Shown here piece by piece: positions 9,301 through 20,048 of a DNA stretch of 64,000 bases. Source of the stretch: an uncultured Brachyspira sp. GTDB lineage: Bacteria > Spirochaetota > JAAYUW01. The position numbers and the translations under genes were made by a program. Position 1 is the stretch's first letter. Every line of letters begins with the position of its first letter. The DNA lies in NCBI GenBank assembly GCA_964581895.1, contig CAZOPR010000008.1:15903-79902 (forward strand), written 5' to 3'. Under the pieces are notes generated by a model. The model made no database searches and was not told the DNA's origin. It saw only the letters and a list, made by a program, of their open reading frames with translations.

Positions 9301-9981
9301 ATGACAGTTCATGGTAAATTATATAGAAAAGCTAAAGAAAATATTGAACCAAAAGCATATAACATTAAAGATGCGATATCTTTAATAAAAAAAGTTTCTT
9401 ATGCTAAATTTGATGAAACTTTTGAAGCAAGTTTTAATTTAAAACTTGAAAAGAAACATTCAATCAGATCTACAATATTATTACCGAATTCTTTTGGTAA
9501 AACCAGAAAAGTTTTGGTTTTTGCAAAAGGACAAAAAGCAGAAGAAGCTATTTCTGCTGGTGCTGATTATGCTGGTGATGAAGAGTATATTGAAAAAATT
9601 AAAAATGGTTGGCTTGATTTTGATGCATGCATTGCGACACCAGATATGATGAAAGAAATAGGTAAAATAGCAAAGATTTTAGGTCCTAAAGGTTTAATGC
9701 CTAACCCAAAAACAGGTACTGTTACAGATAATATTGCTAACGCAGTTAAAGAAATCAAGCAGGGTAAACTTGAGTATAAAGCAGATAAGGCTGGGGTTGT
9801 TCATGTAGTATTTGCAAAAAAATCTATGACAGAAGAACAGATTTTTGAAAACTTTAACCAGCTTTATCAAGATTTACTAAAAAAAAGACCTTCTGATTTA
9901 AAAGGAAATTACATTTTATCTATATATATTTCAACAACTATGTCTCCTTCTGTAAAAGTAGATATTTCAAGTTTAGCTTAA
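9301..9981 (+). CDS. rplA: 50S ribosomal protein L1
   Basis: [29 protein letters not shown]. Confidence 0.98.
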   Translation: MTVHGKLYRKAKENIEPKAYNIKDAISLIKKVSYAKFDETFEASFNLKLEKKHSIRSTILLPNSFGKTRKVLVFAKGQKAEEAISAGADYAGDEEYIEKIKNGWLDFDACIATPDMMKEIGKIAKILGPKGLMPNPKTGTVTDNIANAVKEIKQGKLEYKADKAGVVHVVFAKKSMTEEQIFENFNQLYQDLLKKRPSDLKGNYILSIYISTTMSPSVKVDISSLA

Positions 9982-10070
9982 ATCTAATACTTGAAATTAT
10001 ATTTATTTTGTGAGCTATTACGCATTTATATAAAATATTTTTCTATTTACCAACCTATTAAGGAACTTTT

Positions 10071-10598
10071 ATGGAGAAAAAAAGAGAAATTCGACCAGAA
10101 AAGGTTAATTATTTTAATGAAATTAAAAAAATATTTCAGGAAAATAATTTTGTACTTTTCTGTAATTTTTCAAAGATAACTGTTAAACAGTTTGAGGAAC
10201 TTCGTGGGAAAATTCGAGAGAAAAACGGTTATATTAAAGTTATTAAAACTAATATCGCTCGACTTTCTGCTAAGGAATCAATAGATTTTGAGATTCCTCA
10301 AGATATGTTTAAGTTAAACACTTTTATAGTTTATGCTAATGATGAGATCAGTAGTATTGTTAAAGAAATTAAAAGCATTCAAAAGACAAAAGTAGTAAGC
10401 ATTAAAGGAGCTATTTTTGAAAATAGCTTTTTGAATGCACAAGAAGCTGAAAAGTTAGCTGATCTTCCATCAAAAGCAGAATTATATGGTATGCTTGCCA
10501 ATATTTTGGCTAGCCCATATACAAGATTTACAAGAGCTCTTGGTGATATTATAGCAAGATTCCCAAGAGTTTTGAATCAAATAGCTCAATCCAAGTAG
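10071..10598 (+). CDS. rplJ: 50S ribosomal protein L10
   Basis: VIKTNIAR, LADLPSKAELY; position between rplA and rplL. Confidence 0.93.
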   Translation: MEKKREIRPEKVNYFNEIKKIFQENNFVLFCNFSKITVKQFEELRGKIREKNGYIKVIKTNIARLSAKESIDFEIPQDMFKLNTFIVYANDEISSIVKEIKSIQKTKVVSIKGAIFENSFLNAQEAEKLADLPSKAELYGMLANILASPYTRFTRALGDIIARFPRVLNQIAQSK

Positions 10599-10628
10599 AA
10601 AATTAAATAATAGTTTAAGGGAGTAATT

Positions 10629-11018
10629 ATGGCAAATCTTACAAAAGAACAGATTATTGAAGCTGTGAAAGGCATGACTGTAATGGAATTAAATGAACTT
10701 GTTAAAGCACTTGAGGAAACTTTTGGTGTTAGTGCTTCTGCCCCAATGATGATGGCAGCTCCTGCAGCAGCTGCAGCAGGTGGTGAAGCTGCTGAAAAAG
10801 AGGAAAAATCTGAATTTGATATCTATATAAAGAATCCTGGTGCTCAGAAGATTGAAGTTATCAAAAAAGTTAGAGAAATTACATCTTTAGGCTTAAAAGA
10901 AGCTAAAGATGCAGTAGAAGATGCTTCTAAACCTATTAAAACAGCAGTACCAAAAGAAGAAGCTCAAGCAATAAAGAAAAAATTAGAAGAAGCAGGTGCT
11001 CAGGTAGAGTTAAAATAA
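10629..11018 (+). CDS. rplL: 50S ribosomal protein L7/L12
   Basis: [41 protein letters not shown]. Confidence 0.98.
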   Translation: MANLTKEQIIEAVKGMTVMELNELVKALEETFGVSASAPMMMAAPAAAAAGGEAAEKEEKSEFDIYIKNPGAQKIEVIKKVREITSLGLKEAKDAVEDASKPIKTAVPKEEAQAIKKKLEEAGAQVELK

Positions 11019-11059
11019 TGCCAGAAAATTGGCAAAATAATCTAATATCTATTTTCAAT

Positions 11060-11089
11060 ATTGAAGGGGGTAGGAATACTCCCTTCAAT
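11060..11089 (+). terminator. 13-bp GNRA-loop hairpin between rplL and rpoB (terminator/attenuator or processing site)
   Basis: ATTGAAGGGGGTA-GGAA-TACTCCCTTCAAT with one G-U pair; weak U tract. Confidence 0.65.
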
Positions 11090-11166
11090 CTATATAATTT
11101 TTCAACTATTTTTAAGTTTTCTAAAATAGTATAGTTATCTTAATCTTAAATATTCAGGAGAAATTC

Positions 11167-14100
11167 ATGAAGGTGAAATTTTCACCAATTAAAAACAATT
11201 CAAATAGATTTTATATCAATGATAACAAAGATGAAGTTATTGAATTCCCTAATTTTTTAGAGATACAAAAAATATCCTATGAGTGGTTTTTGCAACTAGA
11301 AAAAAAGTTAAATAAACTTCCTATTGAAATTCAAGGATTAGAAGATCTTTTTAAGAGTCATTTCCCTATTGAATCTAAAAATAGTAATATAGTATTGGAA
11401 TATGTCGAATATTTTTTTGGTCAACCTAAATATAATGTTGATGAAGCAAGAATTAAAGGAAAGACATATTCAATTCCAATTAAAATTGTCGTAAATTTAA
11501 TATTCAAGGATTCTGGTGAAGTAAGAACTAAGGAAATCTATTTTGGGGATTTCCCTTTATTGACTGATGCTGGAACCTTTATTATAAATGGTGCAGAAAG
11601 AGTAGTAGTGTCTCAAATACATAGATCCCCAGGAGTAATGTTTAAGTATGACGATAGAAATAATGAATATCAAGCAAGACTTTCTCCTGATAAAGGTGCA
11701 TGGTTAGAGTTTATATTGGATGAAAAAAAAGAGATACTTTCTGTTAGAATTGATAAAAAAAGAAAAATTCCAGCGACAACATTCTTAAGAGTTTTAGGTC
11801 TTGAAACAAATGAAAAAATTATAGATGCATTCTATGAAACAGAAATACTGCCTATTACATACGATTTGACTGGTAGGATATCTGCTCAAACACTTATTAT
11901 AGAAACAGATTTTGGTCCAGAAAGAATTATTGGTGCAGGACAGGAAATAAGAGAGCTAGATATCGATAAGATGATGGAAAATGAAATAAGAGAGCTAAAA
12001 GTCGTAAATCTTGCAAGCTCTAAAAAAGTTTCATCTCAAATAATCTTAAATACAATTCAAAAGGAAGTTTTCGAAAAAGATCCAGATAACCCTTTAAAAT
12101 CAGAACCAACAAAAGAGGAAGCTATCAATAAAGTTTTCAATATACTAAGACCTGGTGAACCTGCCCTTATTGAAACAGCTGAAATTGAAATAAAAGAAAT
12201 GTTTTTTAATCCCCACAGATATTTTCTAGGTAAAGTCGGAAGATTTAAGCTAAACAGAAAATTCGGATATAAAGAAAATATTACAGATATGAACCTTTTG
12301 ATTAATGATATTATCAATACAATTATTTATTTAACTAAGATTGCTGAAGGTATCTACAATGTTGATGACGAGGATCATCTTTCAAATAGAAGGATTAGAG
12401 CGGTTGGGGAGCTTATATATAATGAGTTGAAAAAGGGTTTTGCCAGAATGCAAAGGATTGCGATAGAGAAAATGAATACAATAGATCCTGAAACGGCAAA
12501 TCCAACGGAGCTTGTTAATAATAAACCAATTACTTCAGTATTAAATGAGTTTTTCGGAACATCTCAACTTTCTCAATTTATGGATCAGACAAATCCATTA
12601 ACAGAATTGACTCATAAAAGAAGAATTAATGCATTAGGTAAAGGTGGACTTTCTAGAGATAGGGCTGGCTCTAAAGTCAGAGATGTTCATACATCCCACT
12701 ATGGAAGATTATGCCCAATAGAAACACCAGAAGGTCAGAATATTGGACTAATACTTTCTTTAACTACTTTTAGCAAACCCAATGACTTTGGTTATCTTGA
12801 AACTCCATACTTAAAAGTAGAAAATGGAGTTGTCACAAATCAAGTTGAATTTTTAACTGCGATAGAAGAAGAAAGATTTTATATTGCTCAGTCAACAGAA
12901 CCAAGAGAGAAAGATGGAAATTTTATAAATGAATTCATTGATTCAAGACATAATGGTGAATATATTAGTGTTCACAAATCAAAAATTGATTATGTCGACT
13001 TATCTCCAAGACAGTTGATTTCAATATCTACAGCTTTAATACCATTTTTGGAACATAACGATGCTAACAGAGCTTTAATGGGTTCAAACATGCAAAGACA
13101 AGCAATTCCTCTTCTTTATCCTCAATCACCCCTTGTTGGAACAGGGATTGAACAGAGAGTTGTAAAAGATGCTGGTATTATTCAATATGCAAAAAGAAGC
13201 GGAAAAGTAATTGAAATTTCAAATTCTACAATAACTATAGAACCTGATAATAAGATAAATGATAAAGACTTAGATAAATACAGGCTTGTGAAATACTTTA
13301 GAACTAACCAGGATACGGTTTATAATCAATCCCCAATTGTTAAACTTGGACAAAAAGTAAAAGAAGGGCAACCTTTAACAGATGGTCCTTCTGCAGCTGA
13401 CGGAGAGTTGGCATTGGGTGTTAACTTAAAAGTTGCCTTTATACCATGGTATGGATACAATTTTGAAGATGCTATAGTCATTTCTGAAAAAGTTGTAAAG
13501 GAAGATCTTTTAACTTCGCTTCATATAAAAGAATTCCAGATAGAAGTAAGAGATACGAAACTTGGCCCTGAAAAAATTACAAGAGATATTCCAAACTGCA
13601 GTGAAAGAGATTTAAAAGATCTTGATGAAAATGGAGTTGTTAAAGTTGGTTCTTATGTTACTTCAAATAGTATATTAGTTGGAAAGGTTACACCAAAAGG
13701 TCATGAAGAACTATTCCCTGAATATAAACTATTTAAATCTATTTTTGGTGAAAAGGCTTCTGAAGTTAGAGACACATCTTTAAGGGTTCCTCATGGTGTA
13801 GAAGGTTATGTTACTGAAGTTATTAAACTAAATAAAGATGATGTTGATGATCTTGATAATGGTGTTGAAGAAGTTATAAAAGTATATGTTGCAACTAAAA
13901 GGAAAATACAGGTAGGAGATAAATTGTCTGGAAGACACGGTAATAAAGGTGTTATATCTATTATCCTTCCAGAAGAAGATATGCCATTTTTACCAGATGG
14001 TACTCCAGTAGACATTGTTTTAAATCCTCTTGGTGTTCCTAGTAGAATGAATTTAGGGCAGATATTTGAAACATCATTAGGATGGGTTTGTGAAAAAACT

Positions 14101-14664
14101 GGTAAAAAGATAGCTGTTCCAGTATTTGAATCTCCAAAATGGGAAGAGATTCAAAAATTGTTAGAAGATGTTAGCCTTCCAAAAACATCTAAAACCAAGC
14201 TTTATGATGGAAAAACAGGCGAAAAATTTCTAAATGATGTATTAGTTGGTAACATTTATATATTAAAATTAAATCATATGGTAGAGGATAAGGTTCATGC
14301 ACGTTCTACTGGAAATTACTCACTTGTTACTCAACAACCACTTGGTGGTAAAGCACAATTTGGTGGTCAAAGACTAGGAGAAATGGAAGTATGGGCACTA
14401 GAAGCTTATGGTGCAGCAGCTACCTTGCATGAGTTTTTAACTCAAAAATCAGATGATAGAACTGGAAGGAACAATATGTATCATGCAATTGTTAAAGAAG
14501 AACCAATTCCTCCAGCTGGAATTCCAGAGGCTTTTAATGTTTTAATTCAAGAACTAAGAGGTATGTGCTTGCATGTTATTTTATATGATGAGAATGAAAA
14601 GGAAATTTCTTTGACAGAAAAAGAACAAGAGAAGAATGTTTATAAATCCAAACAGATGTTATAA
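11167..14664 (+). CDS. rpoB: RNA polymerase beta subunit
   Basis: SQLSQFMDQTNP, HYGRLCPIETPEG, GDKLSGRHGNKG, GGQRLGEMEVWALEAYGA. Confidence 0.99.
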   Translation: MKVKFSPIKNNSNRFYINDNKDEVIEFPNFLEIQKISYEWFLQLEKKLNKLPIEIQGLEDLFKSHFPIESKNSNIVLEYVEYFFGQPKYNVDEARIKGKTYSIPIKIVVNLIFKDSGEVRTKEIYFGDFPLLTDAGTFIINGAERVVVSQIHRSPGVMFKYDDRNNEYQARLSPDKGAWLEFILDEKKEILSVRIDKKRKIPATTFLRVLGLETNEKIIDAFYETEILPITYDLTGRISAQTLIIETDFGPERIIGAGQEIRELDIDKMMENEIRELKVVNLASSKKVSSQIILNTIQKEVFEKDPDNPLKSEPTKEEAINKVFNILRPGEPALIETAEIEIKEMFFNPHRYFLGKVGRFKLNRKFGYKENITDMNLLINDIINTIIYLTKIAEGIYNVDDEDHLSNRRIRAVGELIYNELKKGFARMQRIAIEKMNTIDPETANPTELVNNKPITSVLNEFFGTSQLSQFMDQTNPLTELTHKRRINALGKGGLSRDRAGSKVRDVHTSHYGRLCPIETPEGQNIGLILSLTTFSKPNDFGYLETPYLKVENGVVTNQVEFLTAIEEERFYIAQSTEPREKDGNFINEFIDSRHNGEYISVHKSKIDYVDLSPRQLISISTALIPFLEHNDANRALMGSNMQRQAIPLLYPQSPLVGTGIEQRVVKDAGIIQYAKRSGKVIEISNSTITIEPDNKINDKDLDKYRLVKYFRTNQDTVYNQSPIVKLGQKVKEGQPLTDGPSAADGELALGVNLKVAFIPWYGYNFEDAIVISEKVVKEDLLTSLHIKEFQIEVRDTKLGPEKITRDIPNCSERDLKDLDENGVVKVGSYVTSNSILVGKVTPKGHEELFPEYKLFKSIFGEKASEVRDTSLRVPHGVEGYVTEVIKLNKDDVDDLDNGVEEVIKVYVATKRKIQVGDKLSGRHGNKGVISIILPEEDMPFLPDGTPVDIVLNPLGVPSRMNLGQIFETSLGWVCEKTGKKIAVPVFESPKWEEIQKLLEDVSLPKTSKTKLYDGKTGEKFLNDVLVGNIYILKLNHMVEDKVHARSTGNYSLVTQQPLGGKAQFGGQRLGEMEVWALEAYGAAATLHEFLTQKSDDRTGRNNMYHAIVKEEPIPPAGIPEAFNVLIQELRGMCLHVILYDENEKEISLTEKEQEKNVYKSKQML

Positions 14665-14696
14665 TTAAGTTTTCCTATTGATTAGAGAGGGAGAAT

Positions 14697-17600
14697 ATGA
14701 GTATTTTTGATAATATTAAGATGATTTCGAAAATTCAGCTAAAGTTAGCTTCTTCAGATGTTATAATAGAACAATCTTATGGTGAAGTAAAAAAACCAGA
14801 AACAATAAATTATAGAACATTAAAACCAGAAAAGGATGGACTTTTCTGTGAAAAAATATTTGGAACTACAAGAGATTACGAATGTTCTTGTGGGAAGTTT
14901 AAAACTAGAAAATATGAAGGTGTTGTGTGTGATAGATGTGGAGTTCAGGTAACAGATTCTAAGGTTAGAAGATATCGTTGTGGCCATATTGTTTTAGCTT
15001 CTCCTGTTGCCCATATATGGTATTATAAAACTACACCTTCCAAAATAGCTTTGGCTCTTGATGTAAAAAATAAAGATTTAGATTCTGTACTTTTCCATGA
15101 AAAATATATTGTAATAGATCCAGGTGATACAGATTTAAAAGAAAAGGAAATTTTAACAGAAAAAGAATATGAAGAAGCTTTAACAAAATATGGTTCATCT
15201 TTTAAGGCACAAATGGGAGCAGAAGCGATAAAGGAACTTCTTTCAGAGATAGATATTGACTATGAAGTCCAAGTCCTTAGAAGAATGATGATTGAGAAAG
15301 ACAAAAAGGCCGATAAAAAACTTTTATCAAGACTTGCTTTGCTTGAAGATTTTAAGAAATCTGGAAATAAACCAGAATGGATGATATTAGATGTTGTACC
15401 TGTTATTCCTCCTGATTTAAGACCTATGGTGCAGCTTGACGGAGGTCGCTTTGCTACTTCTGACCTAAATGACCTTTATAGAAGAATGATTCATAGAAAT
15501 AATAGACTTAAAAAATTACAAAGAATGAAAGCTCCGGATATTATTGTAAAAAATGAAAAAAGATTACTACAAGATGCTGTAGATTGTCTTTTTGATAACT
15601 CAAAAAGAAAAAGAGCAGTAAAAGGACCATCAAATAGACCATTAAAATCAATATCAGAAATCTTAAAAGGAAAACAAGGAAGATTTAGACAAAATTTGCT
15701 TGGTAAAAGAGTTGATTATTCTGGACGTTCAGTAATAGTAGTCGGTCCTAACTTAAAGATCTATCAAGCAGGCGTTCCAAGAAAAATAGCGCTCGAGCTT
15801 TTTAAGCCCTTTGTTATAGCAAAACTTAAATCAGAATATAATTATACAATAAAAAGAGCAAAAGATGCAATAGAGCATGGAGAAAAAGAAGTCTGGGATG
15901 TTCTTGAATCAATTGTAGATAAACATCCTGTTTTATTAAATAGAGCTCCTACATTACATAGATTAGGATTTCAAGCTTTTGAGCCAAAATTAATAGAAGG
16001 CTCGGCTATTCAATTGCCACCACTGGTTTGTCATGCATACAATGCAGACTTCGATGGTGACCAGATGGCTATTCATATCCCATTATCGGTAGAGGCTCAG
16101 ATTGAATGCTGGATTCTAATGCTATCTGCAAAAAACTTACTTGACCCAGCTAATGGAACCCCAATATCTTGGCCTACAAAAGATATGGTTTTAGGGGTTT
16201 TTTATCTTACAAAAGAAGATACAAGAATAAAAAGAGAAAAAATTAAATTTTTTAACAATTTAGAAGAGATTGAATATGCAATCCAGTTCAATGAGATAAT
16301 GTACAATGAACAAATTCTTTATTATTTTAATGACCAATGGATAAAAACCACTGCTGGAAGAGTAATATTTAATAACATTTTGCCTCCTTCTATAAGATTC
16401 ATAAATGAAGCAATGTCTGAAAAGAAACTTAAAAATCTTATTGCCAAAATTATAGTTCAGGAAGGTATTTTTGCAGCAGGAGATTCTTTAGATAAAATTA
16501 AAGAATTAGGTTTTTACTATGCCACCAGATTTGGTTCTACAATAAGTGTATCTGATATCATAATACCAGAAGAAAAACATAAAATTATTGCATCAACTGA
16601 AGAAAAGGTTAAGCAATATCAAAAAGCGAAACAGGATGGAACTATTACTGAAGAAGAAAGATACAATGAAGTCATTAAACTCTGGGATAAAGCAAAAGGC
16701 AAAATTCAGCAAAAACTTAAAAACACTATAGAGCAATTTGATAGTGGAATTAACCCTCTTAATATATTAGTTGAGTCTGGAGCAAGAGGAAATATCAGTC
16801 AGGTAGTTCAGTTGGCAGGTATGAGAGGTAACATGTCTACTCCTTCTGGTAAAATTATAGATATTCCTATCAAGTCAAACTTTAAGGAAGGCTTATCTGT
16901 TTTTGAATATTTTATCAGTACTCATGGAGCAAGAAAAGGTTTAACAGATACCGCCCTAAAAACTGCTGATGCTGGTTATCTTACAAGGAAATTAGTTGAT
17001 ATTGCTCAAGATGTTGTAATAACTGAAGAGGATTGTAAAACAATAAATGGTATTTATATTGAAAGCATTAAGGAAGGTGATGAAATAAAGGTTTCTCTGG
17101 CACAAAGAATAACTGGAAGATTTTGCCAGGAAAAAATATATCATCCTATTACTAATGAATTAATTGTCGATGTCAATGAGTATATAGATGAAGAAAAAGC
17201 TCTACTTATAGAAAGATTGGGTATTAAAAAAGTAAAAATAAGATCTGTTTTAACATGTGAATCAAGGTATGGTGTATGTGCAAAATGTTATGGTCAAAAT
17301 TTAGCTACAGGTTCGATTGTAGATATAGGAGAGGCTGTAGGTATTATTGCAGCTCAATCTATAGGTCAACCAGGAACCCAGCTTACAATGAGAACTTTCC
17401 ATATTGGAGGTATTGCTTCATCAGGTGAAGGAATTGAAGCTGAAAGAAGATTTAAAAACCCTGTTTACATAGAAAGAATTTTTGGAACAACACATAAAAA
17501 TGAGGAAAATGAGAATTTATTATTCTTAAGAGATGGCCAAATTATTATAAGAGAAATTTTTAAAGATATTACGAATACATGTGCAAGCAAAATTGAAGTT

Positions 17601-18908
17601 GTAGATGGTATGAAAGTAATACCAGATACTATTTTAGGTTATGATGAAAATAATAAAGTTGTAAAATCAACTCATATCGGTATTACTAAAAAAGTTGGAC
17701 ATCATTTATATTTGATGGGTGATGAAATTTCTATAGACGCAAGAACTGGAAGTGTTTTTTATGGAAAAGAAAATGAGATTTTCGCAGCAGATAAAACCTT
17801 ATTAGAAACAGATATGCATAATGATATTACTCTTGCAGAAAATGAAGGGATTGTCAAATTTGAAAATGTAATACTAAATGTTAATGCAAAGCAGATTGAG
17901 GGAGGATACTTAAAAATCGCCCAACTTTTAAATGATAAAAGACAACCAAAATTATATATTTGTGATAAAAATGATAAAGATAAGATATTAACAACGTACC
18001 ATTTACAATCCAAATCTATTATAACTGTTAAAGATGGTGAAAAAGTTAAAGTTGGAGATATTATAATCAAACTTCCAAAAGAGAAAACAACTCAGGAAGA
18101 TATTGTTTCCGGTCTACCTAAAGTTACTTCTTTATTTGAAGCAAGAAAGCCAAAGAAAAAAGCAATTTTAGCTCAAGTTGATGGAATTATAAAATATGGA
18201 GAATCAAAAAGAACTAAGAAAGTTATTCTTATTGAAGATGATTTTGGTAAAATTTATGAGCATCTAATTCCTGGTTTTATGAATGTAAAAGTTAGAGAAG
18301 GAGACAGGATTAAAGCTGGTACCCCCCTCACAGATGGTGAACCAGATCCTTATGATGTTCTTTCGATAAATGGAATATTTGAATTCTCTGCTTATTTATT
18401 AAATGAGATTCAAAAAGTTTATCGAGAACAGGGAGTAAATATAAATGATAAGCATATTGCTATAATTGTTAGGCAGATGACTAAAAAAGTAACAATTGAA
18501 GAAGTAGGAGATACTAATTTTGTATTGAAACAGATTGTTGATAGAGAAGAGTTCTTTGATGTAAATGATAGGGTTATAAAAGAAGGAGGAGTTCCTGCTA
18601 AAGCATCTCCTGCTCTTGAAGGGATCAAAAAAGCTGCTCTTGGAAGATCCTTTTTATCTTCTGCTTCCTTCCAGGAAACAACAAAAGTTTTAACCAATGC
18701 AGCTATAAGGGGAGAAACAGATTATCTAAGAGGATTAAAAGAAAATGTTATTATTGGACAAAGAATTCCTGCTGGAACTGGAATAAGAAATTATAAAAAT
18801 ATAAGAATTTATGATAAGCAAAAAGGCGATATTGAATTTAACATTGATGACATTTTTAAATCATCTATAAATAAAAGTTTTTTTCCAGAATCAGATAAAT
18901 TTGGTTAA
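14697..18908 (+). CDS. rpoC: RNA polymerase beta' subunit
   Basis: [10 protein letters not shown] catalytic motif, Zn finger, [11 protein letters not shown] trigger loop with a lineage-specific insert. Confidence 0.99.
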   Translation: MSIFDNIKMISKIQLKLASSDVIIEQSYGEVKKPETINYRTLKPEKDGLFCEKIFGTTRDYECSCGKFKTRKYEGVVCDRCGVQVTDSKVRRYRCGHIVLASPVAHIWYYKTTPSKIALALDVKNKDLDSVLFHEKYIVIDPGDTDLKEKEILTEKEYEEALTKYGSSFKAQMGAEAIKELLSEIDIDYEVQVLRRMMIEKDKKADKKLLSRLALLEDFKKSGNKPEWMILDVVPVIPPDLRPMVQLDGGRFATSDLNDLYRRMIHRNNRLKKLQRMKAPDIIVKNEKRLLQDAVDCLFDNSKRKRAVKGPSNRPLKSISEILKGKQGRFRQNLLGKRVDYSGRSVIVVGPNLKIYQAGVPRKIALELFKPFVIAKLKSEYNYTIKRAKDAIEHGEKEVWDVLESIVDKHPVLLNRAPTLHRLGFQAFEPKLIEGSAIQLPPLVCHAYNADFDGDQMAIHIPLSVEAQIECWILMLSAKNLLDPANGTPISWPTKDMVLGVFYLTKEDTRIKREKIKFFNNLEEIEYAIQFNEIMYNEQILYYFNDQWIKTTAGRVIFNNILPPSIRFINEAMSEKKLKNLIAKIIVQEGIFAAGDSLDKIKELGFYYATRFGSTISVSDIIIPEEKHKIIASTEEKVKQYQKAKQDGTITEEERYNEVIKLWDKAKGKIQQKLKNTIEQFDSGINPLNILVESGARGNISQVVQLAGMRGNMSTPSGKIIDIPIKSNFKEGLSVFEYFISTHGARKGLTDTALKTADAGYLTRKLVDIAQDVVITEEDCKTINGIYIESIKEGDEIKVSLAQRITGRFCQEKIYHPITNELIVDVNEYIDEEKALLIERLGIKKVKIRSVLTCESRYGVCAKCYGQNLATGSIVDIGEAVGIIAAQSIGQPGTQLTMRTFHIGGIASSGEGIEAERRFKNPVYIERIFGTTHKNEENENLLFLRDGQIIIREIFKDITNTCASKIEVVDGMKVIPDTILGYDENNKVVKSTHIGITKKVGHHLYLMGDEISIDARTGSVFYGKENEIFAADKTLLETDMHNDITLAENEGIVKFENVILNVNAKQIEGGYLKIAQLLNDKRQPKLYICDKNDKDKILTTYHLQSKSIITVKDGEKVKVGDIIIKLPKEKTTQEDIVSGLPKVTSLFEARKPKKKAILAQVDGIIKYGESKRTKKVILIEDDFGKIYEHLIPGFMNVKVREGDRIKAGTPLTDGEPDPYDVLSINGIFEFSAYLLNEIQKVYREQGVNINDKHIAIIVRQMTKKVTIEEVGDTNFVLKQIVDREEFFDVNDRVIKEGGVPAKASPALEGIKKAALGRSFLSSASFQETTKVLTNAAIRGETDYLRGLKENVIIGQRIPAGTGIRNYKNIRIYDKQKGDIEFNIDDIFKSSINKSFFPESDKFG

Positions 18909-18911
18909 TAC

Positions 18912-18939
18912 TTGACAATAAAAAAAAATTTGTTATTTG
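18912..18939 (+). promoter_or_regulatory. Putative sigma70 promoter of the str operon
   Basis: TTGACA-16 nt-TATTTG with extended TG, same layout as the promoter at 7616. Confidence 0.5.
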
Positions 18940-18969
18940 TAAATTCCATGTGCAAAGGAGTTAATAAAA

Positions 18970-19347
18970 ATGCCTACTATCAATCAATTAATTAGAAAAG
19001 GAAGAGAAAAAGTTACCTACAAATCCAAATCTGTTGCCTTAAAAGGTTGCCCTCAAAGAAAAGGTGTATGTACTCGTGTATTTACAATGACTCCAAAGAA
19101 ACCAAACTCTGCTTTAAGAAAAGTAGCCAGAGTTAGACTTACAAATGGTTATGAGGTAACAGCATATATACCAGGAGAAGGACATAATCTTCAAGAACAT
19201 TCAGTAGTCTTGATTAGAGGTGGAAGAGTAAAAGACCTTCCTGGAGTTAGATATCATATTATTAGAGGAACTTTAGATACACTTGGTGTTGAAAATAGAA
19301 AAAGTTCGCGATCTAAATATGGTGCTAAGAATACTAAAAAATCATAA
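18970..19347 (+). CDS. rpsL: 30S ribosomal protein S12
   Basis: [29 protein letters not shown]. Confidence 0.99.
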   Translation: MPTINQLIRKGREKVTYKSKSVALKGCPQRKGVCTRVFTMTPKKPNSALRKVARVRLTNGYEVTAYIPGEGHNLQEHSVVLIRGGRVKDLPGVRYHIIRGTLDTLGVENRKSSRSKYGAKNTKKS

Positions 19348-19367
19348 AAATTTTTCCGGGAGTTATC

Positions 19368-19838
19368 ATGAGTAGAAAGAAAAAAAGAATAGATAGACCA
19401 TTAGAATTAGATTTTAATTATAAAAATCAAGAAATTTCAAAGTTTGTAAATTATTTAATGTGGGATGGCAAAAAGAGTGTTGCTCAAGCAGTCATTTATG
19501 ATGCTTTAAATGTTATTAAAGAAAGGTTAAATGAAAATCCAGTTGATGTTTTTCATCAAGCTCTTGAAAATGTCAAACCTATAGTTGAAGTTAGGTCAAG
19601 AAGAATTGGTGGTTCAACATATCAGATACCTGTTGAAGTTCCATCATACAGACAATTTTATCTTGCTTGTCATTGGATAATTACTTTTGCAAGATCAAGA
19701 AATGGCAAAAGCATGGCTGAAAAACTCGCTAATGAAATAATTGATGCCTATAAAAATCAGGGATCATCAATAAAGAAAAAAGAAGATACACATAAAATGG
19801 CAGAAGCAAATAGAGCTTTTGCTCATTTAAGATGGTAA
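19368..19838 (+). CDS. rpsG: 30S ribosomal protein S7
   Basis: VEVRSRRIGGSTYQIP, HKMAEANRAFAH. Confidence 0.99.
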   Translation: MSRKKKRIDRPLELDFNYKNQEISKFVNYLMWDGKKSVAQAVIYDALNVIKERLNENPVDVFHQALENVKPIVEVRSRRIGGSTYQIPVEVPSYRQFYLACHWIITFARSRNGKSMAEKLANEIIDAYKNQGSSIKKKEDTHKMAEANRAFAHLRW

Positions 19839-19850
19839 TTTATTATCGAT

Positions 19851-19931
19851 TGCGTGCGCTGGAGAAAAGATTTTTTATCTTTATCTGACTTAAATTCTCA
19901 AAAGTAATTTAAGTTATTACTCCATCACGCA
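19851..19931 (+). ncRNA. Candidate structured cis-regulatory RNA (three-way junction) between rpsG and fusA; family unknown
   Basis: Nested stems TGCGTG/CACGCA plus TGGAG/CTCCA, AAAGAT/ATCTTT and GACTTAAATT/AATTTAAGTT. Confidence 0.55.
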
Positions 19932-20048
19932 TTCTTTGTATACTATTTTAATTTATCAATTTATTAATTTTACTTTATTTGCGTTAAGCTTGTAAAGTTT
20001 TTTATATTTTTTATTTAATACTTTTATTGAAAATTGCAGGAAAAGGAT

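Noticed and set aside
9982-10070. L10 leader expected before rplJ
   Set aside because: No recognisable L10-leader kink-turn consensus or stable stem; not called
11167-18908. Inteins or splits in rpoB/rpoC
   Set aside because: Both frames are continuous; no C/S…HN splice motifs; the extra length is explained by lineage-specific inserts
19851-19931. Match to tRNA, SRP RNA, purine or fluoride riboswitch on either strand
   Set aside because: No T-loop, no SRP GGAA/GCAG core, and no riboswitch consensus junctions or pseudoknot partner; kept as an unknown RNA
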